This document shows, piece after piece, positions 56,002 to 64,000 of a stretch of DNA of 64,000 nt (position 1 is its first letter; every line of letters starts with the position of its first letter). The stretch covers positions 10,059 through 74,058 of the forward strand of contig CAMZAE010000002.1 of NCBI GenBank assembly GCA_947304115.1. Reading direction: 5' to 3'. Source of the stretch: an uncultured Prevotellaceae bacterium (GTDB taxonomy: Bacteria > Bacteroidota > Bacteroidia > Bacteroidales > Bacteroidaceae). The notes under the pieces were generated by a model, which was given only the letters and a program-made list of their open reading frames with translations, made no database searches and was not told where the DNA came from. Both the position numbers and the translations under genes were made by a program.

Positions 56002-56838
56002 TTATTCCGCGAAGTTCATATATCGTTCCATGAGATAGTCCTTTAAATCTTTAGGCATTTGTTCTTTCATTATCTCCCAAAGATTGCTATATGATTCCCA
56101 TTCGGGAACTACTTTTAATCCCACATTTTTAATATTATCTCTGAAATTTTCAAATAGTTTTTTATAATTAGCATATGCCTTATGCTCATCTTCGAAACGC
56201 TTGGAAGGTTCAAATATGAGTGTGATAAACTTCAATTCTACCTTCCCGAAATCAATAATACCAACATTTTTAAAGGTATCGCACAGTTCAACAAATTGGC
56301 TATGAATTCCCAAAAGGTGGGTAATTAGTTGTTTAACCCCTTCTTTATATTTATATTCTCTTTCTGGAATATACCCCACAATCTTTTCCCATTTAACATC
56401 TTTGTTACACCATTTATTTTCTTCTCTATAACTATTACCTAGTTCAAACTTTTTTGTTTCCGTATATTCAGTAAATTTAGACTCAATGAATAAGAGATGC
56501 TTCTTATCTTTATCTATTAGTACAACATCCATATTGGCAGGGGCAGGACTATCCTTAATTGTTTTCATCTTGACCTCGAAAAACACTTGAGTATATTTGA
56601 CTTGTTCCCATTCAAAAGGATGTTCGTCATCTATCCAATGAAAAAAATTATACGATAGCATTGATGAAGAATGAACCGCCTCAGCTTTGGAATGCAGTTC
56701 TCCACCCGAACCTTCATCAAACATATCTTGAAAATGTTCACTCATTTGACCTCCATAGATATTCTCTCTATACGAACAAAAATATCCTCTCTTATTAACA
56801 GGAAGGCCTTTCTTTAAAGCGTCTAAAAGATTTTCCAC
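56002..56838 (-). CDS. Predicted PD-(D/E)xK-fold nuclease-like protein (hypothetical, 278 aa)
   Basis: The motif MDVVLIDKDKKHLLFIESKFTE fits D-x(n)-E-x-K. The upstream motif HSSSMLSYNFF recalls restriction-endonuclease-like families. The gene is very AT-rich. Its GTG start is 2 nt after the WYL stop. Confidence 0.5.
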   Translation of the reverse strand: MENLLDALKKGLPVNKRGYFCSYRENIYGGQMSEHFQDMFDEGSGGELHSKAEAVHSSSMLSYNFFHWIDDEHPFEWEQVKYTQVFFEVKMKTIKDSPAPANMDVVLIDKDKKHLLFIESKFTEYTETKKFELGNSYREENKWCNKDVKWEKIVGYIPEREYKYKEGVKQLITHLLGIHSQFVELCDTFKNVGIIDFGKVELKFITLIFEPSKRFEDEHKAYANYKKLFENFRDNIKNVGLKVVPEWESYSNLWEIMKEQMPKDLKDYLMERYMNFAE

Positions 56839-56840
56839 AA

Positions 56841-57746
56841 TTAATAAATGTTACACATATTGTTAATTCTTTTCTTCATTTCCTCTCTCAACTCCTGTGG
56901 CTCTATCACCTCAACCTTTTCTCCCATTGCCAGCAGTTGGCTTACCAGTTCGGGTGTTATACATAATCTATAAGTGAACTCGGCAAACTCGCCGTGTTTG
57001 GAGCGGACTTCTGATTGGCTTTTGTGGAGCGGAGTAGAGCGAAGATAATCTGCCTGTATGCCGTAAGCACGGATTTTGACTTTCGTGACAGGCAAATCTT
57101 TATTCACATAAATGCCAACAACATTCGCAAAATGTTTCCTCGCATCGAAATCCTCGGGCATTTCAAAGCTGGTCGAAAGGACTTTCAAGTCAAGAATACG
57201 GTCGAGGGCGATGGTACGCAAAGCATTCTTTTCCTTTATATACCCAAGCAGATACCATCGACGATTGAAAACCTTCAAGGCGTATGGCTGGATATGAAAC
57301 TCCTGCAAATGCTCCTCTTGCTCATCTTCATAACGCTGGTAGTCAACTTGCAGCTCAACATTCTTCTGCATCGCTTCAATGATAGGATTCAGGAATGTAG
57401 TCCCAAGGGGAATCTCTTCCTGCAAAACACTGTCCTTCATACTATTGAAGGTTATAAAGTCCTGAGGAATGCTGTATTTCTGAAGCAACCACTTTCCCAA
57501 CTTCTGCTCGTCAAGGACTTCAGGGTTCTTGACATAATAGACGTTACCTTTCGACCTGTTACATTCTATATCCACTCCAAACATCTCTTTGATGCCATCT
57601 CTCCACTCATGAAAGGTCCGAATCGACAATCCTCCTTCGTGCATGGGATTATCTTTCCAGCGTTTTTCTATTTGCCAAAAGCTCAACTCCTCCCGAAGCA
57701 ACGTGTTCAGGAGCCAAATATATTTAATGTATGTCTTGCTTACCAT
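56841..57746 (-). CDS. WYL domain-containing transcriptional regulator
   Basis: It has an N-terminal wHTH, the central motif FNRRWYLLGY (WYL) and a C-terminal WCX-like region, and is 301 aa. Confidence 0.8.
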   Translation of the reverse strand: MVSKTYIKYIWLLNTLLREELSFWQIEKRWKDNPMHEGGLSIRTFHEWRDGIKEMFGVDIECNRSKGNVYYVKNPEVLDEQKLGKWLLQKYSIPQDFITFNSMKDSVLQEEIPLGTTFLNPIIEAMQKNVELQVDYQRYEDEQEEHLQEFHIQPYALKVFNRRWYLLGYIKEKNALRTIALDRILDLKVLSTSFEMPEDFDARKHFANVVGIYVNKDLPVTKVKIRAYGIQADYLRSTPLHKSQSEVRSKHGEFAEFTYRLCITPELVSQLLAMGEKVEVIEPQELREEMKKRINNMCNIY

Positions 57747-57767
57747 GCAAAAACAAGGTTTGGACAG

Positions 57768-58802
57768 CTAAACATTCGACAGGACGACGGCTTCTTTCTC
57801 TTTTTGTTGAAGGAGGAAGAGTTCTTTCTGTTGCTCTATCTCGCGGCGCAATTCCTCCTCTGTGGGCAGGTAGGGCATATACTTGGCAGCGAAGAGTTGT
57901 TGGCTGTCGTTGAGTATGGAATACTTGGCGATGGCCTTGCTCGTTTCCGAGCACAACACGATGCCGATGGTGGGATTGTCGCCATCGGTTCGTTTCAGTT
58001 CATCATACATGCGCACATACATATCCATTTGTCCCACGTCTTGATGAGTTATTGTACCCACTTTGAGGTCAATAAGTACATAACATTTCAGTATTACGTT
58101 GTAGAACACAAGGTCAATGAAATAGTCTTGCGTGTCTGTGCGTATGAGTTGCTGGCGTGCCATGAAAGCGAAGCCTCGTCCCAACTCCATGATGAAATCT
58201 TGCAGATGGCTAATGATGGCGGTTTCGAGTTCTTGTTCAGAGAAACTGCTGTCTTGCTTGAACCCCAAGAACTCGGCAACGATGGGACTCTTGAGCATTT
58301 CAAGTTTGTTGGGATGTTCCTCTTTCATAGGCAGCTGTGGCTGTCGGAAATGTCGCTCGAAGTATTGTGTGCCGATGTTGCGATTCAATGTGCGCACACT
58401 CCACATTTCCTGCGAAGATGTCTCAAGATACCAGCGTATGGCAACATCGGTGTCTGCTCTCAAACAATAGAAAATATGTGTCCATGTGAGATTCGGAAAT
58501 CGTGATTTCCAAATTCCAAAATCCGGGAGTATGAGATAGAATTTACGGAAGGAACGAAGATAACGTGCAGAGAACCCTTTTCCATATCTTATTGTTAATT
58601 CCTTTGACAATCCTTCCAATATGTGTTCTCCATACTTGGCTCTTTCTTTCCCTCGCTGTTCTTCCTCCACTATTCTTTTGCCGATGTTCCAGTATGTCTC
58701 AATCATGGTGGCATTGACAGAGGAATATGCTTTTGTCCGTCCAGTTTCAATGATAGAGCATACGTCGGAGAAGAGACTGCTATTGGTTATTTGTTGTATC
58801 AT
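57768..58802 (-). CDS. YhcG / DUF1016 PDDEXK nuclease domain protein
   Basis: It has a DUF1016-type N-terminus (..ETYWNIGKRIVEEEQ..) and a C-terminal nuclease core (YFIDLVFYN..YVLIDLKVG). Confidence 0.85.
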   Translation of the reverse strand: MIQQITNSSLFSDVCSIIETGRTKAYSSVNATMIETYWNIGKRIVEEEQRGKERAKYGEHILEGLSKELTIRYGKGFSARYLRSFRKFYLILPDFGIWKSRFPNLTWTHIFYCLRADTDVAIRWYLETSSQEMWSVRTLNRNIGTQYFERHFRQPQLPMKEEHPNKLEMLKSPIVAEFLGFKQDSSFSEQELETAIISHLQDFIMELGRGFAFMARQQLIRTDTQDYFIDLVFYNVILKCYVLIDLKVGTITHQDVGQMDMYVRMYDELKRTDGDNPTIGIVLCSETSKAIAKYSILNDSQQLFAAKYMPYLPTEEELRREIEQQKELFLLQQKEKEAVVLSNV

Positions 58803-58812
58803 ATTCGTTGGC

Positions 58813-61773
58813 TTATATTTTTTCGCTTTTCATTTCCAAAAGGACGACTGCTTCTTTCTTGCAGCCATCGACTTTGATAGTGAGAGGCTGGGGCAGGCGG
58901 ACGTGGCGGACGTGGGCGGTTTCCTGGACGGCGGGGAGGTTGTCGAGGATGTCCTGACGATAGATGCCGTCGCCCCGGAAGGCGTTGATGGTGAGGTAGC
59001 AGACACCAAGCGAGGTGAGGTTCTGGAAGAAGTGGGTGCCTTGAGAGGGGTCAACTTGGAAGCTGTCAAGCCCTGCCTCGACGATGACTTGGGCGGCGCT
59101 GATTTGTGACCACTTCACGGGGATGCCAAGCCAAGGGTCGGAACTTCCCCAACGGCCAGGGCCGATGAGGAGGAAAGAGGGGGAGGAGGGGTCGAGGAAT
59201 GTTCTGTTTATCTTTTCAATTTCCTCTGCGATGGCGGGGTTGTTAGCTGGGGTGTAGCCGTCGGTCTTGACATAGACGATGTCCTGGATGTCGGTGTAGA
59301 TGCCGTGACCGATGGCTGAATGTGAGCGCAGGAGGCAGTCGTCGTCGGGAACCAAAGTGAGGTCTTCGTCGAGTTCCATGCGGTTATCCACCATCGGGCG
59401 AATCTGCAAGAGGCAGAACTCGCCTGTGCGGTCGGCGTGCAGGTTGACGGCGAACTCTATCTCAACAGGGCGTTTCATTTCGTCCTGGCCGTATTTCAAG
59501 ACCTTCTGCATCAGTTCGGGCAGAGGAAAGACGTCGCTCTGAAGGACACCAGCAAAGGAAATAATCTTGCGGTTCCTTCCTTCGTAGAAGCCATCGTAGA
59601 TGCACTGGTCAACAGGGTCGTAGGTGGAACAAATCCATTGCAGTGTGCCGTCCTTTTCTGCCTCGCGTACAGGCACTTTTATGAGGTTGAAGCCATCGTT
59701 GACGCTCATTTCTCCTGCCTCCTTCGAGCTTTCGGCACGAAGGGCGAGGAAGTGCGTCTGGGTGTCGCGAAGGGCAATCTCCATCTCGCTCATCTGCAGG
59801 ACTTGATGCGGGTGTGCAGGGCAGACGCGAAGGCTCGTACCGCCATCGACGATGTACTTTCCGAGGCCCATTGCTAGCGAGACGGTTCCCTCTTCTGCCT
59901 TCTCGTCGCCGATTGGATAGTAGTTGATGCTTCGCGCCACACCGCTGATGACGGGGTAGAAGCGGCCGCCATGTTCCTCGCCTACTACCTCTTGCAGGAT
60001 GACAGCCATCTTCTCCTGGTCGATGACGTTGCTCGTGGCTGTCATGTAATCCTTGCTGTTCCGATAGAAGACGCTGGCATACACGGCTTTGATGGATTCT
60101 GAGAGCATGGAGAGACGCTCGTAGCGGTCTTGTGCGGCAGGTATCATATAGGTACTATAGACACCAGCGAAGGGCTGGTAGTGCGAGTCCTCGAGCAGAC
60201 TTGAAGAACGTATGGCGATAGGTCCACTCACGACATCAAGGAAGGCTTCTATGTCGCCCACAAGACGCATGGGGAGCCGTGCGCGGAGGAAGTGCTGCAG
60301 GATTTCCTCGTCGGGGATGTCGCTGAGGGCCAACTGATAGAGGTCGTTGGTGTCCATGAACTCGTCGAAGATATCGGTACAGAGCACGACGGTTTTCGGA
60401 ATGCAGACAGTGACGCCCTCCCGCTCGTTGAGGTCTGTGTGACGGCCAAGAAGGTGGTCGATGAAGGCAAGGCCACGCCCTTTTCCTCCAAGGCTGCCTT
60501 CGCCGATACGGGCAAAGTTGCTGTACTGGTCGAAGCGTTCCCTCTGGAAAACAGCCACCACGCCTTGGTTCTTCATCCTTCGGTAGGCGACGATGGCATC
60601 GAGGATGATGGCTCTGTGAGCGTCCACGTCCTGAAGGCTTTCCCATGTGATGCCCTTCAGGAACTCCGAAATGGGGAAGAGGGCGCGGCTGGCGAGCCAG
60701 CGGCTCACATAGTTGTGCGAGATATGGTATTGCAGGCTTCGCGTGGGCAAGGTCATAATGTTGTTCTGCAAGTCCTTGAGGTTGTGCAGCCGAGCCACCT
60801 CCTCCTTCGTGTCGGGGTCTCGGAAGATGAAGTCGCCAAAGCCGAAGTAGTCGCGCAGGTGGTCGCGCAGGTCAACGTCTATCTTCTTGGAGTTCTTGTC
60901 GATGAAGCTGGCATGACATTCCTTTGCAAGCTTGGCATTGTCTGTCTCGCTCGAATCGAGGATAAGGGGAACATACGGGTCATTGGCGCGGATGGCACTG
61001 AGGAGCTTGAAGCCCGCATCTGCGACTTTCTCTCCTCCTGCAATAAGGGGGAAGCGGCAGTCGCTGATGACACCCAGGGTGTTGTCGGCAAAGCGGGTGT
61101 ACAGTTCCCATGCCTCTTCGTAGTTGCGAGCAAGGACAATCTTCGGTCGGCCGCGCATTCGCAGCATTTCAAGGCTCGTGTTGAGGGCTTCGGTGGCGAA
61201 CTCAAGGCTCTGCTGCAGCACGAACTTGTAGAGTGTGGGCAGGATGCTGGAATAGAAACGGATGCCGTCCTCCACGACGAGCAGCATCTGAACGCCAGCC
61301 GATTTGATGTCGTGCTCCAGGTTCATACGGTCCTCCATCAGCTTGATGATGGAAAGCAGCAGTTCCGTGTTGCCGAGCCAGCAGAAGACGTATTCGAAGA
61401 CACTCAGGTCTTCGTTCTGCATACGTTTCGTGATGCCGTGGCTGAAGGGAGTCAGCACCACGATGGGTATGGTGGGATAGTCCTGCTTGATGCCTCGCGC
61501 GATGTCGAACACGGAGTTGTCCTCGGCAGCAGGCATACAGATGACGAGGTTAATCCCGCCGCCCTGCATCTGCACCTCTGCCTCTTCGCGATTCGTCACC
61601 TGAATGAATCGGGGCGGGAAGCGAAGTCCGAGCTTGGCGTACTCGGAAAAGATTTTCTCGTCCACACGCCCGTCATCCTCCAGCATGAAGGCATCGTAGG
61701 GGTTTGCGACAATCAGGACGTTATACACTCGTTTGAGCATCAGGTCCACGAAGGAAGTATCTTTCAGTGTCAT
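58813..61773 (-). CDS. PEP/pyruvate-binding (PPDK N-terminal-like) domain protein with N-terminal receiver-like domains
   Basis: A 986-aa protein with two REC-like N-terminal modules followed by an ATP-grasp/PPDK_N-like region (..EGSLGGKGRGLAF..). Confidence 0.7.
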   Translation of the reverse strand: MTLKDTSFVDLMLKRVYNVLIVANPYDAFMLEDDGRVDEKIFSEYAKLGLRFPPRFIQVTNREEAEVQMQGGGINLVICMPAAEDNSVFDIARGIKQDYPTIPIVVLTPFSHGITKRMQNEDLSVFEYVFCWLGNTELLLSIIKLMEDRMNLEHDIKSAGVQMLLVVEDGIRFYSSILPTLYKFVLQQSLEFATEALNTSLEMLRMRGRPKIVLARNYEEAWELYTRFADNTLGVISDCRFPLIAGGEKVADAGFKLLSAIRANDPYVPLILDSSETDNAKLAKECHASFIDKNSKKIDVDLRDHLRDYFGFGDFIFRDPDTKEEVARLHNLKDLQNNIMTLPTRSLQYHISHNYVSRWLASRALFPISEFLKGITWESLQDVDAHRAIILDAIVAYRRMKNQGVVAVFQRERFDQYSNFARIGEGSLGGKGRGLAFIDHLLGRHTDLNEREGVTVCIPKTVVLCTDIFDEFMDTNDLYQLALSDIPDEEILQHFLRARLPMRLVGDIEAFLDVVSGPIAIRSSSLLEDSHYQPFAGVYSTYMIPAAQDRYERLSMLSESIKAVYASVFYRNSKDYMTATSNVIDQEKMAVILQEVVGEEHGGRFYPVISGVARSINYYPIGDEKAEEGTVSLAMGLGKYIVDGGTSLRVCPAHPHQVLQMSEMEIALRDTQTHFLALRAESSKEAGEMSVNDGFNLIKVPVREAEKDGTLQWICSTYDPVDQCIYDGFYEGRNRKIISFAGVLQSDVFPLPELMQKVLKYGQDEMKRPVEIEFAVNLHADRTGEFCLLQIRPMVDNRMELDEDLTLVPDDDCLLRSHSAIGHGIYTDIQDIVYVKTDGYTPANNPAIAEEIEKINRTFLDPSSPSFLLIGPGRWGSSDPWLGIPVKWSQISAAQVIVEAGLDSFQVDPSQGTHFFQNLTSLGVCYLTINAFRGDGIYRQDILDNLPAVQETAHVRHVRLPQPLTIKVDGCKKEAVVLLEMKSEKI

Positions 61774-61819
61774 CTTGAACCAAATTAAGAATTAAGAAAT
61801 ATAGCACAAGTAGGAAGGC

Positions 61820-62596
61820 CTATTGGTCGGGGTTGGCGACGAAGCCTTGATACTGAGGGGGCAGGTCGCGCATGATGGTGTCGTAGCTTTGTTCCAAAGT
61901 GCGCTGGACGGCTTCGTTTCTTGCTTCCTGCTCCTCGCTCCTTGCCCCTTGTTCGGGCATGATGGGTGCGTGAATGACGAGACGGAGCCTGTGCCATGTG
62001 ACGAAATTAACGCCCTTCTGACGGGGCAGGACGTCAAAGCTGCCGTCGATGGTGACGGGAACGACAGGCAGACGTAGTTCGTCAGCCAGTTGGAAGGCGC
62101 CTCTGCGGAACTTTGCCATGTGGCCTGTGAAGCTTCTCGCTCCCTCTGGGAAAACCACTAAAGACACGCCATGCTTCAGAACTTGCCTGCCTTGTTCGTA
62201 GGTCCTGTGTATGGCCTTAGGTCCGCTCTTATCGACCATGATGTGCCCGGCACTCTCGCAAGCCTTGCCTACAAGGGGGATGTCTCGTAGTTCCTTCTTC
62301 ATCATCCAGCGGAAGCTGCGTCCGAGGAATCCGTAGATGAGAAAGATGTCGTAAGGTCCCTGATGGTTCGCCACAAAGACGTAGGACTGCTTGTCGTCGA
62401 GAAGCTCACGCCCTTCCACCTTGACAGGCAGGAGCATTATCCAGCACATAAAGCGGCTCCATGCCATCGCGGGATAGTAGCCCCAAGTCCGGGCCTTGCC
62501 AAAGGTACAGCCGATGATGGTAACGATGGCCGTCAGAGCAGTTGCCATGATAACAAGCGGCAAGGCAATGAGGAGTTGGTAGAGCTTGTATGTCAT
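61820..62596 (-). CDS. plsC: 1-acyl-sn-glycerol-3-phosphate acyltransferase
   Basis: It has the HX4D motif (NHQGPYD), an FPEG motif (VFPEGARS) and an N-terminal TM helix. Confidence 0.85.
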   Translation of the reverse strand: MTYKLYQLLIALPLVIMATALTAIVTIIGCTFGKARTWGYYPAMAWSRFMCWIMLLPVKVEGRELLDDKQSYVFVANHQGPYDIFLIYGFLGRSFRWMMKKELRDIPLVGKACESAGHIMVDKSGPKAIHRTYEQGRQVLKHGVSLVVFPEGARSFTGHMAKFRRGAFQLADELRLPVVPVTIDGSFDVLPRQKGVNFVTWHRLRLVIHAPIMPEQGARSEEQEARNEAVQRTLEQSYDTIMRDLPPQYQGFVANPDQ

Positions 62597-62597
62597 G

Positions 62598-62685
62598 GAT
62601 TGGGGATTGGGGATTATGGATTAAAGTTTAGTTGCTTTGAAATTAAGGAATATGGTATCAAACCTTAATCCTTAATCCTTATTCT
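62598..62685. repeat. Heptad-word inverted repeat (GGATTGG/GGATTAA)n ... (CCTTAAT)n
   Basis: The left arm is GGATTGGGGATTGGGGATTATGGATTAAAG. The right arm is CCTTAATCCTTAATCCTTATTC and overlaps the stop of the 62679 gene. Confidence 0.75.
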
Positions 62686-63416
62686 TTAATCTGCTTCGCT
62701 TCCTCGATGTACTTCCTGACATAGGGATGTCCGAGGAAGTAGGGCGTGGCATGTGTGAGTATTTCCTCTATCTGGGGCGTAAGGACGGGGTGGGGCAGGC
62801 TGCTGGTCAGTATCATAAAGATGCCAGGGCCTAATACATTATTATAATTATCGCGTATGAAGCGGGTGATGAGATGGTCGTTCTCCTCTATCAACTGCTG
62901 CGACTGTTTGCCCAGTTCGCGCATGATTTCCTCGTAGTCCGTTCCGTTCATAATCATCTGCGATTCCAGATGCGGCAACTCAGCCATTTGTGCATCAAGC
63001 TGTGTCTTTCTCTGTATGAAACCGGAAAGGGTGTCGTTGAGCGGTGTACCTGTGGCCGTTTGCTGTGTCTCGCCGATGTTGAGCTTCACTTCGCCCTCTT
63101 CCAGAACGATGGGCATCAGGCTCAAGTTGCCCATGAAGACATTGGCAAGCATGGTGGAGTCCATGCTGCCCCCGAAGTTGAAGCGTCCGTGCACCACCCT
63201 TGTGGAATCGATGCTCTGCATTTCGCCATCCACATAGACCTTCAATGTCAGCATCTGACCTTCGAGTTCGTCCACGTTGGAAGAACCCTTCACCATGTAT
63301 TGGCTTTTGCATGCAGCCAGCGTCAGCAACATGGCTGCAAACAGAAAGTAAAGCTTGTTATACACCGTTTTGCTATTTAGACATGACAAAGATATACAAT
63401 CTTCATCAAACGGCAA
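62679..63416 (-). CDS. Lipoprotein, DUF4369-like N-terminal domain (hypothetical)
   Basis: It has a lipobox (LTLAACKS). The N-terminal beta-rich segment (..VKGSSNVDELEGQMLTLKVYVDG..) resembles DUF4369. The family call is tentative. Confidence 0.5.
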   Translation of the reverse strand: MPFDEDCISLSCLNSKTVYNKLYFLFAAMLLTLAACKSQYMVKGSSNVDELEGQMLTLKVYVDGEMQSIDSTRVVHGRFNFGGSMDSTMLANVFMGNLSLMPIVLEEGEVKLNIGETQQTATGTPLNDTLSGFIQRKTQLDAQMAELPHLESQMIMNGTDYEEIMRELGKQSQQLIEENDHLITRFIRDNYNNVLGPGIFMILTSSLPHPVLTPQIEEILTHATPYFLGHPYVRKYIEEAKQIKE

Positions 63417-63436
63417 TAATAATTAAGACTATTTAA

Positions 63437-63462
63437 CCAAAAGCCTCCCCTTAAGGGGAGGT
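63437..63462 (-). terminator. G/C hairpin (CCTCCCC-TTAA-GGGGAGG) followed by a T-run on the - strand; probable terminator of the sulfhydrylase gene
   Basis: The - strand reads CCTCCCCTTAAGGGGAGGCTTTTGG, 14 nt after the stop at 63476. It is a member of the G/C hairpin repeat family. Confidence 0.55.
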
Positions 63463-63475
63463 TTGGAGAGGTCCG

Positions 63476-64000
63476 TCACATCTTTGCCATTGCCTGTTCG
63501 AGGTCGGCTATGATGTCTTCGACGTTCTCAATGCCGACACTGAGGCGGACGAGGTCGGGAGCGATGCCTGCCTCACGAAGCTGTTCGTCGCTGAGCTGGC
63601 GGTGCGTATGGCTGGCGGGGTGCAGCACACAGGTACGTGCGTCGGCCACGTGCGTCACGATGCTGATGAAGTCCAGGTTGTCCATGAAGCGGATGGCCTC
63701 TTCCTTCGTGCCTTTCAAGCCGAAGGCAATCACGCCGCAAGTGCCGTTGGGCAGGTATTTCTGTGCCAGAGGATAGTATTTGTTCGAGGGCAGGCCTGCA
63801 TAGTTCACCCAACCCACCTTGGGGTTCTTCTCCAGCCATTCTGCCACCTTCTGCGCATTCTCGCAGTGGCGTGGCATACGCAGGTGCAGCGTCTCAAGGC
63901 CCAGATTCAGGAGGAAGGCATTCTGGGGGGCGGGGATGCTGCCCAGGTCGCGCATCAGTTGTGCAACGAGCTTTGTCGTGTAGGCCATCTTGCCGAAAGC
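63476..64000 (-). CDS. O-acetylhomoserine aminocarboxypropyltransferase / cysteine synthase (PLP-dependent), C-terminal part; the 5' end is beyond the right window edge
   Basis: The C-terminal sequence ..PSNKYYPLAQKYLPNGTCGVIAFGLKG..ARTCVLHPASHTHRQL..IAPDLVRLSVGIENVEDIIADL is typical of the Cys/Met metabolism PLP family (MetY-like). The reading frame stays open upstream of the listed Met at 63988. Confidence 0.85.
   Translation of the reverse strand, partial: AFGKMAYTTKLVAQLMRDLGSIPAPQNAFLLNLGLETLHLRMPRHCENAQKVAEWLEKNPKVGWVNYAGLPSNKYYPLAQKYLPNGTCGVIAFGLKGTKEEAIRFMDNLDFISIVTHVADARTCVLHPASHTHRQLSDEQLREAGIAPDLVRLSVGIENVEDIIADLEQAMAKM

Noticed and set aside
1-64000. Scan for rRNA, tRNA, tmRNA, RNase P RNA, integrase or transposase genes, and CRISPR-cas
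   Set aside because: I recognised none by eye. There are no cloverleaf-like GC-rich 75-nt islands in the intergenic regions and no recombinase motifs in any ORF. A tRNAscan-SE / Infernal run would be needed to be certain.

Overview
The window looks like a chromosomal segment of a Bacteroidota genome, probably Bacteroidales and Prevotella-like. The evidence is TAnnTTTG -7 promoter boxes, a fused lpxC/fabZ, a V-type ATPase operon with a DUF2764 subunit, and GH29/GH89 glycosidases.

Gene content from left to right:
- A partial MscS-family channel. It is missing from the ORF track because it runs off the window edge.
- A TolC/RND/adaptor efflux operon with a divergent AraC regulator.
- A GH29 fucosidase.
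- A rearranged mosaic: a fasciclin lipoprotein gene bracketed by a 319-bp direct repeat, a decayed fucosidase pseudogene and an ntpE'::DUF2764' chimera.
- V-ATPase genes E, DUF2764, A and B. Subunits D, I and K are absent. The spacers carry heptad-word hairpins, and one hairpin contains a four-helix-bundle (23S IVS / Avd family) gene.
- A block of about 29.4 kb, mostly housekeeping: purM-like, prfA, pyrF, lpxD, lpxC/fabZ, lpxA, miaA, PBP1A, a DUF1080/Gfo pair, an RsmF-like gene, manC-gmd-fcl, an ATP-grasp-like gene, NUDIX, DUF2075, a GT2-DUF4922-SpoIID fusion and GH89. The block is bracketed by inverted repeats of about 760 bp, which are the leaders of two outward-facing lipocalin-like genes.
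- An alanine symporter.
- An AT-rich accessory island (about 53.2-58.8 kb).
- A PEP-binding protein, plsC, a lipoprotein and a partial O-acetylhomoserine sulfhydrylase.

Best candidates for something undescribed:
1. A mini-sigma gene overlapping a 298-aa Pol III alpha-derived 'mini-DnaE' gene, followed by a small ORF.
2. A WYL regulator translationally coupled to an AT-rich PD-(D/E)xK protein, next to a YhcG nuclease.
3. DUF2075 (Schlafen-like ATPase plus nuclease), NUDIX and ATP-grasp-like genes chained by ATGA overlaps.
4. Two families of short hairpin repeats that also sit in frame inside coding genes: A/T heptad 'word' arms, and a G/C hairpin followed by TTGGAGGGG.

No rRNA, tRNA or CRISPR array was recognised by eye. 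All homology calls come from motif recognition and memory, not from database searches.
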